Assembly (NCBI RefSeq): GCF_006345805.1
Contig: NC_043013.1
Location: forward strand, 15,624,001 to 15,688,000
From: Octopus sinensis
Lineage: Eukaryota
Direction of reading: 5' to 3'
Length of the DNA stretch: 64,000 nt
This document shows positions 1-11,754 of this stretch, in pieces (position 1 is the stretch's first letter; every line of letters begins with the position of its first letter). The position numbers and the translations under genes are program-made. A model generated the notes under the pieces. That model was not told the origin of the DNA, ran no database searches, and was given only the letters and a program-made list of their open reading frames with translations.

Positions 1-114
1 TCTCTCTCTCCTATATATATACAAACACACACAACATTAATGATATATATAACACATATATATATATATATAACACATCTATAATATACATACATATATA
101 TATAATACATTATA

Positions 115-153
<39 letters not shown>

Positions 154-582
154 TCTCTTACAAATAATGTAAGTTTGACAATAAATTAGTGACGATAATT
201 AAATAACACCTTCTACAGCACATAGTTTTACCTCTTTTCCGTATGATTATCACGTAATTAAATATGTCTTATGTTATGGAAATCGTATTCCATTATGTAC
301 AACCAATTCCGCTTTTGAATTCAAGATTTTTTTGACGGTTTTTTTTGGGGGGGGGGAGGTCTCTAATTTTTATGGTTGTTCTTGTTATTTCCACCCACAT
401 TCGGTCAATTCTGATCGAACAGACTTATAGTCAAAATCAGTCCAATCATACCAATATTGTTCTTCTTTTAATATCTGGGAACACATTATCTGAAGTGCCC
501 TTCTATTTTTCATAACTGGAACGTGAAGTGAGATTTGGCTGCTATTTCTAGCAGGTCGAGAGACCGTGTAGAAGCTGTCTTA

Positions 583-588
583 TTTATT
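583..588 (-). other. Candidate polyadenylation signal AATAAA
   Basis: Canonical AATAAA ~195 nt 3' of the chitinase stop on the sense strand; lies within an interspersed repeat, so uncertain. Confidence 0.35.
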
Positions 589-782
589 GCTGAATTATAT
601 TTGCTATTATTGTTGACCTTGTTATCGTTGTTATTGTTGTTAGTGGTGGTGGTGTTGGTGGTTTTGGTGGTGGTGGTGGTGGCGGCGGCGGCGGCGGTGG
701 TTGGTGGTGTTGATTGTGTTAATTTAGCCATCTTTGGTGTTGCATTCAGAATGGGTGTCTCGTTTTGTTTCCACGTTCTTTG

Positions 783-952
783 CTACATAATACATCCGGT
801 ATTAGCTGGCCAATCACAAGATTGTATTCTGTCGTTCCATGCTGTACCAGGGGAACACTTATAACGGAATGGAACCTGCCAGACACATTGGAAAAAGCTG
901 GTGCAGTCTCTGACGTCACGGTAGATGCCAAACAACGAAGGACATTTGAAAA
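783..952 (-). CDS. Chitinase last coding exon: CBM14/peritrophin-A chitin-binding domain
   Basis: [51 protein letters not shown] (six Cys); acceptor tctccttcag|; TAG at 785-783. Confidence 0.95.
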
Positions 953-2710
953 CTGAAGGAGAGAGAATAGGAAACAAATAAAAACGATATTTTGTTGTTT
1001 CAATAAAAGATGGTAGTTTACTTTAAAATACTGCACTTAAAATAGTGTGTCTAAAACAGCGTACTTTACTTCAAAACGAACTATTTAAAATACAGTACTT
1101 TTTTTTATTTATACTGAAAATAAAACACTGTACTTAAAACTGTACTTTAAAAATTGTACTCAAAACCCAGTACTTAACACACTACTTAAAACTTATGATA
1201 CTGTACAGCGATTTGCGTTGGACAAAACACATCGCTAAAATTGCCAGGAAGGCTGAGGGTGTCTTGGCATCACTTACCAGGTCCTTTGTGAGCCGCTCTC
1301 CGGCTATCTATTTGCGGCTTTATATAGCAATGGTACGACCTCACCTGGAATTTGCATCACTGGTCTGGAACCCCTATCTTGCCCAGGATATTAACCGTCT
1401 GGAAGCCGTTCAGCGACGTGCAACCCAGAGAATACCCTCCATCAGGCATTTGCCATATTCTGAACGCCTTACTTCCCTGGGCATGGATACATTGAAACTC
1501 CAACGTCTGGCAGCTGACTTGGCAAACACCCATAAAATTATTAACCATCTTACAAACAATAACTCCGAGCACCTTTTCAAACTCCATCTGTCTAACACCC
1601 CTGGACGTATTTACAAAGTCAGAAAACAGCACAGCTCTCATGACTTTCAGAAACATTTTTTCACACTAAGAGTTGCTGAAGTATGGAATAAACTGCCGGC
1701 ATCAGTTGTTAGTTGTCGGAGCACTGCATCCTTCAAAACTTCCATGCTTCCTGAGATTCGCCAGCACTACACCTGATTTTCTCCCCTCCATACACATGCA
1801 AGTACTTCAGGTACTTCTTCACCTATAATTAATCCTAGTCCCACTCTACCTCAATCAAGTCACAAGAATAATTGGAAAAATAACTCAAAGAATTCGTGAA
1901 AGTATTTTGTACCTACCTTCTGTCAAAGAATCTTCTTGTTTGAGTTTATCTGTAGAAGTCTCAGTTTCCTCATCACACGGTAATATTTTTTCAGATTCTG
2001 GAGTCGTTGGCGATGAAGATGGTTTGGAAGTGGAACGAAGATCCCATACAGATTGTCCCTGTTTTAAATGAAGCGATGGTTCCTTCTTCAAAGAGAACAA
2101 ACCTTTGCCTGCATTTCCTTGGAAAATATTGACTCCAGACTTAATGCTATACTCAGATTCTTCTTTAGATTTCTTTGATGTTTCTCTTTCACCGCCATTA
2201 TTTCGTCCAGGAAACACAACTTCCAAAACAGGAACGTTTATCAAATTGTGATCTGAAGACCCGAAAGTTACTGGCAGCGTTTGATATTGTTTCGGAAACA
2301 TGGTAGAGCTATAGGTTGTTGTTTCTTGACTGTTTCGTTTAGTTAAAGATAAAGTATTGTCTGTGGTCGATATACTTGGCTTTGTTTTCCGTTTTTGTTC
2401 CAGATTTTTCGTTGGTGATTCCGTAATAAAAATGTTTGGTTCCATGGTTGTTTTCCATGTTGGATTGGTTCTGTCTGTCGTTCTAAAGCCTTTATTAGGT
2501 TCTTCTAGTAACGATAATACGCCGCTGGAGAAACTATTTTGCACCTCATTTTCTGTACTTGATTTATAAGGAATTGATTTTGTTGTCCGTTCCGGTTTAT
2601 TCCAAAGAGAGTAGCTCAAAGTCTGCAAGAAAGGGTAAAACAGAAAAAAAAAAAAATCAAGAATTCTATAGAATTTTCAAATTATCCTCTTAAAACAATG
2701 ACAACACACA

Positions 2711-2753
<43 letters not shown>

Positions 2754-3588
2754 AATGAGAGAGGGGGGAAAGAGTGAAAGAGACAGAAAGAGACAGACAG
2801 GCAGAGACAGACAGATATAGGCTATTCAACTTCTTTGGTTCTTTGCCTTCAAGCTGTCTCCTCCACAACTATATGACTGTTTCCCTTCCTCTGAAATTGA
2901 TGGGTCTAAACCTATCGCTTCCACCTTTAACCTCACTTTGCCTGCGTCTTTTCTCCTGCATCACATTTGCCTTGCATCACTCATCTTTACTCTAATGTAA
3001 GACGCTTTCTTCAACATCAACACTCCGAAATCGTTAACAACATTCTCCATGAAACTCACTCTGCGTGTGCTACTGCCAATCACCAATCCCCAATCATCAA
3101 CCTTTACACTCATCCTTGTTAATTCTCAACATGTTTGAGCCCAAACTAGAATATTTCGTAGGTTCGGTAAAAAGCTCAATAATGATAAAAAAAAAGAAAA
3201 AGAAAAATTATGTTCTAGGGGACATAAATAAAATTTCTTTCGCTTTTGTAAATTACTTTTAAGAGTTACCTCCCTTTAATATTTTTTTTATGTTCTTAAT
3301 CTCAGTAACTATTGCACGTACAGAGAAATACTTTGAAGGCTCAGGTTTTAAGGTTCAAATCTCAAAAGATTTTACTTTGCACCCCTCTCCTCTCATTTTC
3401 TTCTTCAGTAAGGGATCGATAAAATACATTCAGTTAGGCACAAGCGTGGCTATGTGGTAAGAAGCTTGCTTTCTAACCACGTGGTCCTGGGTTCAGTTCC
3501 ACTACGTGGCATTTTGGTCAAGTTTTCTTCTTGTGAGTGGATTTGGTAGACGGAAACTGAAAGGAGCCCCTCATATATATATATATAT

Positions 3589-3639
<51 letters not shown>

Positions 3640-4288
3640 TGACGTCATTCTTCAGTGTGCGTGTGCAGGACTGGAACCTTCTGGAAAGGCCTAAGGAAGT
3701 TCTCTAATGCATATGCGCTAAAAACTGGGGACGAGAATTCTATGGCGTTCGTTGAAGAGAGAAGACGTGTTTAACGTGTTATCAGCCTATTCTCCTGTCC
3801 CAGACGCTTGGGATTTGACCGGCTGTTGCTACTGGAGTTGTTGTGAGGTTTATCTTTACACATGTTTAACTTCAGTCTTGCAGTACCTACACCCAGTGGT
3901 TTACCAATTTACCAACGTGCCTTCTTTATGTAAATAACGAAATAAAGTGTCATATTTTTTAAGGTTGCTTTCTTGTTCTTGACACCGGTAGTTTTTGGAA
4001 ACAAAGAAGGAAATTGTGTTGCACCCAAACAGTGCAAAAGACACAACCTGTTCAAGACAGTTCCTTTACACATATATATATATATATATATATATACCCT
4101 ACACATTTTTTCTCCCCGTTTTTAAAATTTTTATTTCTGTTCTCTCTTCTTTTTTCCCCTCTCATTCCTTTCTGTCAAAGAGCGTAACCTTCCAATGTCA
4201 AAGACTTTTCCATTCTTCCCGAGCGTTTGACTAATACACCAGTTTGCTATTCCTTCAACTGTTTTCGTCTTTTTTTTCTGTAAATTTG

Positions 4289-4333
<45 letters not shown>

Positions 4334-7300
4334 ATCCAAACAAGAAAGCACAAAAAACACAACAACGCGAGGACGTGGAACAAATATAGTATTATTGGAC
4401 GCTCAGGAAAGAAGGAGGGTTTAACGTTTCGAGTGGAGCTCTTCGTTGGAAACATAGGAGAAGGAAAGATCCAGAGAAGGGAAGACAGAGGAAAAAATCG
4501 CTAACAGTACACACGCGGTCATATATATCCACCCATCCATCTATCTATGTATCCATCGATCTCTTCATCTCTTTCTCCCTCTCTCTCTACCTCCCTTTCT
4601 AACTCCCTCCCTCCCTCCATCCATTCATCCATCCATCCATCCATCCATCCGTCCTTCTATTCTTCCATGCCTCTCTCCATCTATCCATCCATCCTCCTAT
4701 CTATTCATCCAGCCAGCCACCTATCTATTCTTCCATCTATGTACCCACCCATCCCTTCACCTCTCCATCTCTTTCCCTCCCTCCATCCCTCCCCCTCCAT
4801 CCCTCCCCCTCCATCCACCCCTCCACCCATCTAACCAACCAACCAACCAACCAACCAACCAACCTACCTACCAGCCAACTATCCATCTACCCATTCATCA
4901 ACCCATGTCTCATCACTTGGATCAAAAGTTTATCATCAGACTGTTCGATTATAACTGTACTCTGGAGATGTTCAGCGCCAATTGGTTGCTGATCTTCCCC
5001 CTCAGCTCAAATAAGACCCATTATTTTTGTAGTGGTTTTACTGCTCTTACACTGGGATAATAATGATAATCCTTTCTGCTAAAGGCACAAAGCCTGAAAT
5101 TTGGTGAGAGGGCACGAGTCAATTACATCGACCCCAGTGTTTCACTGGTACTTAATTTATCGACCCCGAGAGGATGAAAGGCAAAGTCGACCTCGGCGGA
5201 ATTTGAACTCAGAATGCAGCGACGGGCGAAATACCGCAAAGCATTTCGTCCAGCGTGCAAACGATTCTGCCAGCTCGCCACCTTAATAATAATGATAATA
5301 ATGCTGTTAGATACCCAAACACTCGAAATAGACAGATCCAAAACATGACCACCTTGGCTGAATAGTAAAGACTCACTCACCAAACTTGATACACGGTTAA
5401 TTATTTCTGCCTCTGCTATCCTCAACAAACAGAGTACTTCTTCCCCCTTACCCAGCATGCCCAAATTGCCTCTTCCCCTTCTTATCATTTCGGGCATACA
5501 CTTTACAATCCACAAACAAACCATTTCCGACCCTTCGGTCTCTTGAAACACACTCCCTGCTCGTGCTTAGTCCTCTTGCGATAAACCTACATGTGTTCTA
5601 ACTCATCCTCAACTTTTCCAGCCTGGGAGGTATGTCTTCCCTTCTTTCACAAAATAAATCAAGGAAATACATTGTCTGACACCACTTGAAAAGTTGAACT
5701 ATAAGAAAACACTGTAGATCCCCCTGCCAGCGAGATGGATTGGGCTATTGACAGTTAACTATCTTGATCATGGACATTGTGCTGTGTCCATGACCAAGAT
5801 ACAACACTATTGTTCCTACTGGCAGCTAGTAGACTGAGCTATTGGAAATGCATTGGTCACAGAAGGAGTACAATAAAATACGTCACACTGTAGTACACAT
5901 AAACAGCTAGATAAACTGGGCTGTTGACAGTTGAAGGTATTGTCCATGGACACAACACAGTAAAGTACTCCCCATTGTGGTATCCACTCACAGCTACTCG
6001 GTCTGAGATGTTGACAGTTAAGTGCATTGGACATGGACACAGCACACTGTGGTACTCACCTACTGCTAGATGAACTGGAATGTTGACAGTTAAGCGTGTT
6101 CAGCATAGATACAGTACAGTGAACTATACCACCTACTTACAGCTAGGTGGGCATAACTGCTAACAGTTAAGTGTGTTGATTATGGACAAAGTACAATGAA
6201 CAATGCAATATATCACAATGTGGAACCTACTTACAATTAGCTTGATTGGACTGTTGGCAGATAAGTGTATTGGCAATGGTACAGTGAACTATATCACGTG
6301 CATACTTACAGATAGGTGGGCTGGAGAATTGACAGTTAAATGTCCTGGACAAAATACAGTTAACCGTATATTACACTGTTCTTGTTTTGTGTCCAGATAG
6401 GTAGACATGTAGCTAGGTAAACTGGGTTGTAATCAATTTGTTATCTTGACCATGAACACATTCGTATGCGTATATAACTGGACTGTCCTCTTTAAGGTAG
6501 GCTGTACTTGGCATGACCACAAGTTGATAGGCATCGACAGTAGAGTGTCTTGGTTGTAGACACAGTCGGCTGAACTGAGTCATTGTTGAATATCACAGAT
6601 ACAGAGCATAGAGTCTAGAGGACTGAGTTACTGAGTATTGAGTATCACTGTTATGGAACATAGGGATTAGATGACTGAGTCTTTGAGTGTTGGGTATCAC
6701 AGCCATAACATACAGGAGATACATGACTGAGTCTTTGAGTGTTGCGTAATACAGCTAAGAACTACGGAAGCTAGATGACTGACTCTCTAAGTGTTTAGTG
6801 TCACAGCTAAGGACCACAGGGGCTAGACGATTGAGTCTTTGAGGATTCCAGTTAAGCTGTTCGACAGTTACGTTCCTCACACTTGGCCTAACAACAAATC
6901 GGGAAGCCTCATTAAATCCTCTCAATACCCTCACAACTTACCCAGAATTAATCTAAAATTCTAATGGACCATTTTTGCAAAAAGTTCTTTATTTATGCCT
7001 GCCGTCCCTATTTATTTCTTATCTTACCAAAAGTCTGTGAATTTATTTATTTTCTAATTTTTAATTTTCTGCTTGTTTCCATTTTACTTTCTAGTTCTTA
7101 ATTTTTTTCAAAAGCGCAAAATACATTTTTGGCACCAAATCAAAATATTCTACATTAATGTATCTAATTATTGCTGCAATAATTTGTTTCCATGGCAACT
7201 AAAACCAATAAACAATATAACATTCTTTGAAGGTGGGCTCCAGTAAGTGATTTAACCACTTAAATCAACACCAGATTGTTCTTGTAATTAATATTGTTGC

Positions 7301-7988
7301 TATAGTTTAACCCCGAGTAAACTCTGATCAAAGGGAACTTTAACCAAAGGTATTTCAGCCAACACATCTTTTATGTTTGCCCCTTTTCTTTCCAACTGAA
7401 CCTCAGAGGCTATGTTACCGAAAGAAAGAACGGTCTGATTAGAAGGCGATTTGGCTGCTATTTTTAGCAGCTTAAGCAGTCGCAAAGCGGTAGCGCTGTT
7501 TGGCCAGAGCATGTTTACTCTATGCTCCTAGCTGAAATCTCGTTAGATATATGAGATCGTGTCAGAGAGTCTGGCTGCCAAGAATCTACCAAGGTGCCAA
7601 AGTGCCAAGACATGGTAATATGGTGTGGAGAACAATAATGGGCAAGGACGAGAAGAAAGCAATACGCACACACACACACACACACGCACATGCACATACA
7701 TACATATATACACACACATATATTTATACACACATACATGCACATAAAATATATAAACATACATATACATACGCATACGTATACATATATTTAAATGTTA
7801 TTTCAATGTGTGTGAATGTGTGTGTGTGCGTGTGTGTGTGTATGAGATATGAGTTAGAACATGTGTATTTCCATGAGAGTGTCTGCATGTGCGTGTGAGG
7901 AAGCACGTGTTATAACAATTATGAACATTTTAAGGTTCTTGCCAGCAACTGGTTCTGTTCGGATCTGTAAAATTACACACAGACGCAC

Positions 7989-8079
<91 letters not shown>

Positions 8080-8262
8080 GAGAGAGATAGAGAGAGATAT
8101 AGAGAGAGAGAGAAGAGAGAGAAACATGTGTACATGTGTGTGTGTATGTATCTATGTGTATGTATGTATGTATGTATGTATGTATGTATGTATGTATGTA
8201 TATACATATATATGCGTGTGTGTGTGTATTTACTCCTCAATATATACATATGTATTTGTATG

Positions 8263-8332
<70 letters not shown>

Positions 8333-8735
8333 ATTGGAAAATAGGATAAAATCTTTATAAGAATTTATCAAGTAGCATGAAAAACCTCATAAGGGAAAAA
8401 TCCATCAATTATTCCTCTTAAATACATTTATTTATATTAAGGGCATTACTATACATAATGCCTCACTCTTGGAAGAACTCTTAAGTGTTTTGATTATGCT
8501 TGCACTGACGATTAAAAAGTGCATTTTGTGCACTAATTATGAAATCATATGATATGCAGCTGAATCTGGTTTTAAAATGCTCTTTTCGAGAGTTGCATTC
8601 CCTCGCGTTCGGTACAATGTGTTTAATTATTATGGTAGTTTTGACTTTAAGAGTCCCTCCTAGCGTGAGGCACTTATGTATAGTAATGCCCTTAATATAT
8701 ATATAATATTATATATAATATAATAATATAATATA

Positions 8736-8773
<38 letters not shown>

Positions 8774-9903
8774 TATATATTATATATATATATATATATT
8801 GGGTCATCCCATAAATAATGCGGTTTTTTGAATTGCATGAACAAAAAGTCGGAGGGGTACGGGACAAACTACTTGCATCAACTTGCTATAAAAGTAGGTA
8901 GTAGTGCAAGTTTGGAAGGGCGCAGTTTGATCTTAGCAGTTATTTTTTTCAAAGATCTGTAGAGCTCGACGAGGACGTCCTGCAAAACCTGGTGGAACAA
9001 AATCCCATCGTAACTGCTAAGGAACTAGCAGAAAAGCTTGGATTTAGTCATTTAACATTTCATCGACACCTGCGTGCCATCGGAAAAGTCAGCAAATTGG
9101 CCGAACGGGTTCCTCATAAATTTTCCCAGTCTAATCGCGCGCAGTGAATGTGTGCTCTTCTTTGCTGTCACGTCTCACGAATGAACCTTTTTTGGACCGA
9201 ATAGTGACTGGTGACGAGAAATGGGTTCCCTATAAAATGTTATGCACTGAAGACAGCGGGCAGGGAAAGGAGAAACACCGGCACCCCAGGCTAAAGGTCT
9301 TTACTCACTCTGGTGGAATATGAAAGGTTTAGTCCAATTTCAACTTTTAAACGCAAACCCAACGATAACAAAGGAAATCTAATGTGAGCAGCTTGAGCAG
9401 CTTAAATCAACGCAAGGAGAAAAACGGCCATCTTCGGTTACAAGACGAAAGGTGTTCTTTCATCAGTATAATGCTCGGCTACATACAGTGAGGATGACAT
9501 TCCAAAGGCTGGAGCAGCTGGAATGGGAAACGATACCCACCCACCATATTCGCCGGACATTGCCTCGTCTGATTATCATTTATTCCGCAGTCTTTAAAAT
9601 CATTTGGACGGAAAAAAAATTTTTTGTAGACAAGGTCGCAACACATTCGTACGGAATAGAGAATATGATACTTAAAAGGGGTAAAAACTATTATACCGTG
9701 TATATTTTCAACAAAATACAGAACTGAAAAGAAAAGAAACATTTCAAGAGCACTGTTAAATAAATTAATGGAACGTTGGTATCGAAGTTCAGTTTCTAGA
9801 CGTTTCTCTTTTTCTCCCTTCGTTATACACACCTTCACGTTATGACGATTTTTCTATGCCTTACATTTCAATTACATATTCTGCTGTTCATACCTACATA
9901 CAT

Positions 9904-9986
<83 letters not shown>

Positions 9987-11672
9987 GTCATCCCATAAGT
10001 TCTGTCCGATTTTACCTTTTTTAAAACTGAATGAAATTTAATAGTATTTTAGAATGTCTAATGGAATTAAAAATTATTTTTATGCATATGTGTACATTTA
10101 AACTAATTAAATATTATTTTACAGAATAACAGAATTAAAATTTCTTTGATTAAAATCCTTTCTAACATGGATGTATCCAAAGAGCATTTGAGGCACATAA
10201 TGTTTTTTATGAGTATAAAAAAGGAAACTCTGCATCCGAAGCAACTCGAAACATACACTCAGTTTAAGGGAAAGAATACTTGAATGAAGGGGTTCCTATG
10301 GGTGCCTCATGAATTGTCCGAAAGCAACCGCAAATTCCGAGTTGACATCTGCTCTTCTCTCCATTCTCGCGAACTCATTTCACCTTTTTTGGATAGACTT
10401 GTGACTGGTGATGAAAAATGTATCTTCTATCGTAATGTTAAACGTCGTAAACAGTGGCTTGGTAAAAGGGAAAAAGCTCAACCACAACCGAGAAGGAAAC
10501 TTCGTGGAAAAAAGGTTCTTCTCTCTATCTGGTGGGATTGCAAAGGAGTAATTCATTTTGAATTGTTACCACCTAATGCAACAATCAATGCTCAAGTCTA
10601 CTGTTAGCAATTAGAGCGTTTGAACCAAGCTTTGAAGGAAAAACCCCACTTTAGTGAATCGAAAAGGAGTGATGTTTCATAAAGACAATGCGAAGAGCTT
10701 CGTTGGGAAAAACTTCCTCATCCACCTTATTCCTTGCTCCTTTAGACTACCATTTGTTTCGTAGTTTACAGAATCATTTGGGGGACATAACTTTCGCAAT
10801 CCAGGAGGAGGTCGAAACTGACATTTCAGAGTTCCTCGCTTTGATACCAAAAGCGTTTTACATTGATGGGATTAAAAAGCTTGTAAATAGATGGAAGGAA
10901 GTCGTTAGATAATCAGGGAAAGTGCATTGATGATTAAATTTCAACTAAATATAACATTTGATCACTTGTTCTCTTTATTCTAAATTCGGACAGAACGTAG
11001 GGGCACTCGGAGCACTAACAACGAAGTTCGAGAAATATGTCAGAGAAATCGGAATTGACATGAGAGCAGAGCAAGCCCCAAAAACTGCTCTGCTTGAGAC
11101 AGCTAAGATTTCGAGATTGATACTTGGATGCTGAATGTTTTCCACGATAATTAACAATCAAGTATCAAAGCTTATAATGTGCGGAAAGAGACCCTGTGAA
11201 ACCTCTGACAACAGGCTGCCGTTTACTCTCACAGAATTAACCAGAGCAAACAAGACCGAGCACTTTGAGAAGTAAAATGGTAATAACAAGAGCACTCAAA
11301 GAGCGCAAACCTCCGCCAAGGCAACACCAACGCCCTCTCAACGATTAGCCAGAGATTATTTTTAAAATGAGGTTATCTGAAATAAACTCGACTTCTCTAA
11401 CGAACGAGAATACTAAAAATGAACCCAACTGCTCTCAAAAATGAAGTAAAAAAAAACAGGGAAAATAATCTGGAATCCTTGTCCGGTACAGGATCGATCC
11501 CAAAAGCTAATCAGTTCGTGCCAGTCATGAGACCAAACATCCCTGAAAGTTTCATCCGAATCCATCCAGCGATTCTTGAGATATCTTGTCCACAGACAAA
11601 CAAACAAACACGACTGAAAACAATACCCCCGCTAAGGCGGAGGTAATAATAATAATAATAATAATAATAATG

Positions 11673-11754
<82 letters not shown>

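Noticed and set aside
5727-6850. CRISPR-like appearance of the repeat arrays
   Set aside because: Eukaryotic intron, repeats are degenerate, spacers are related to each other and there are no cas genes; treated as minisatellites.
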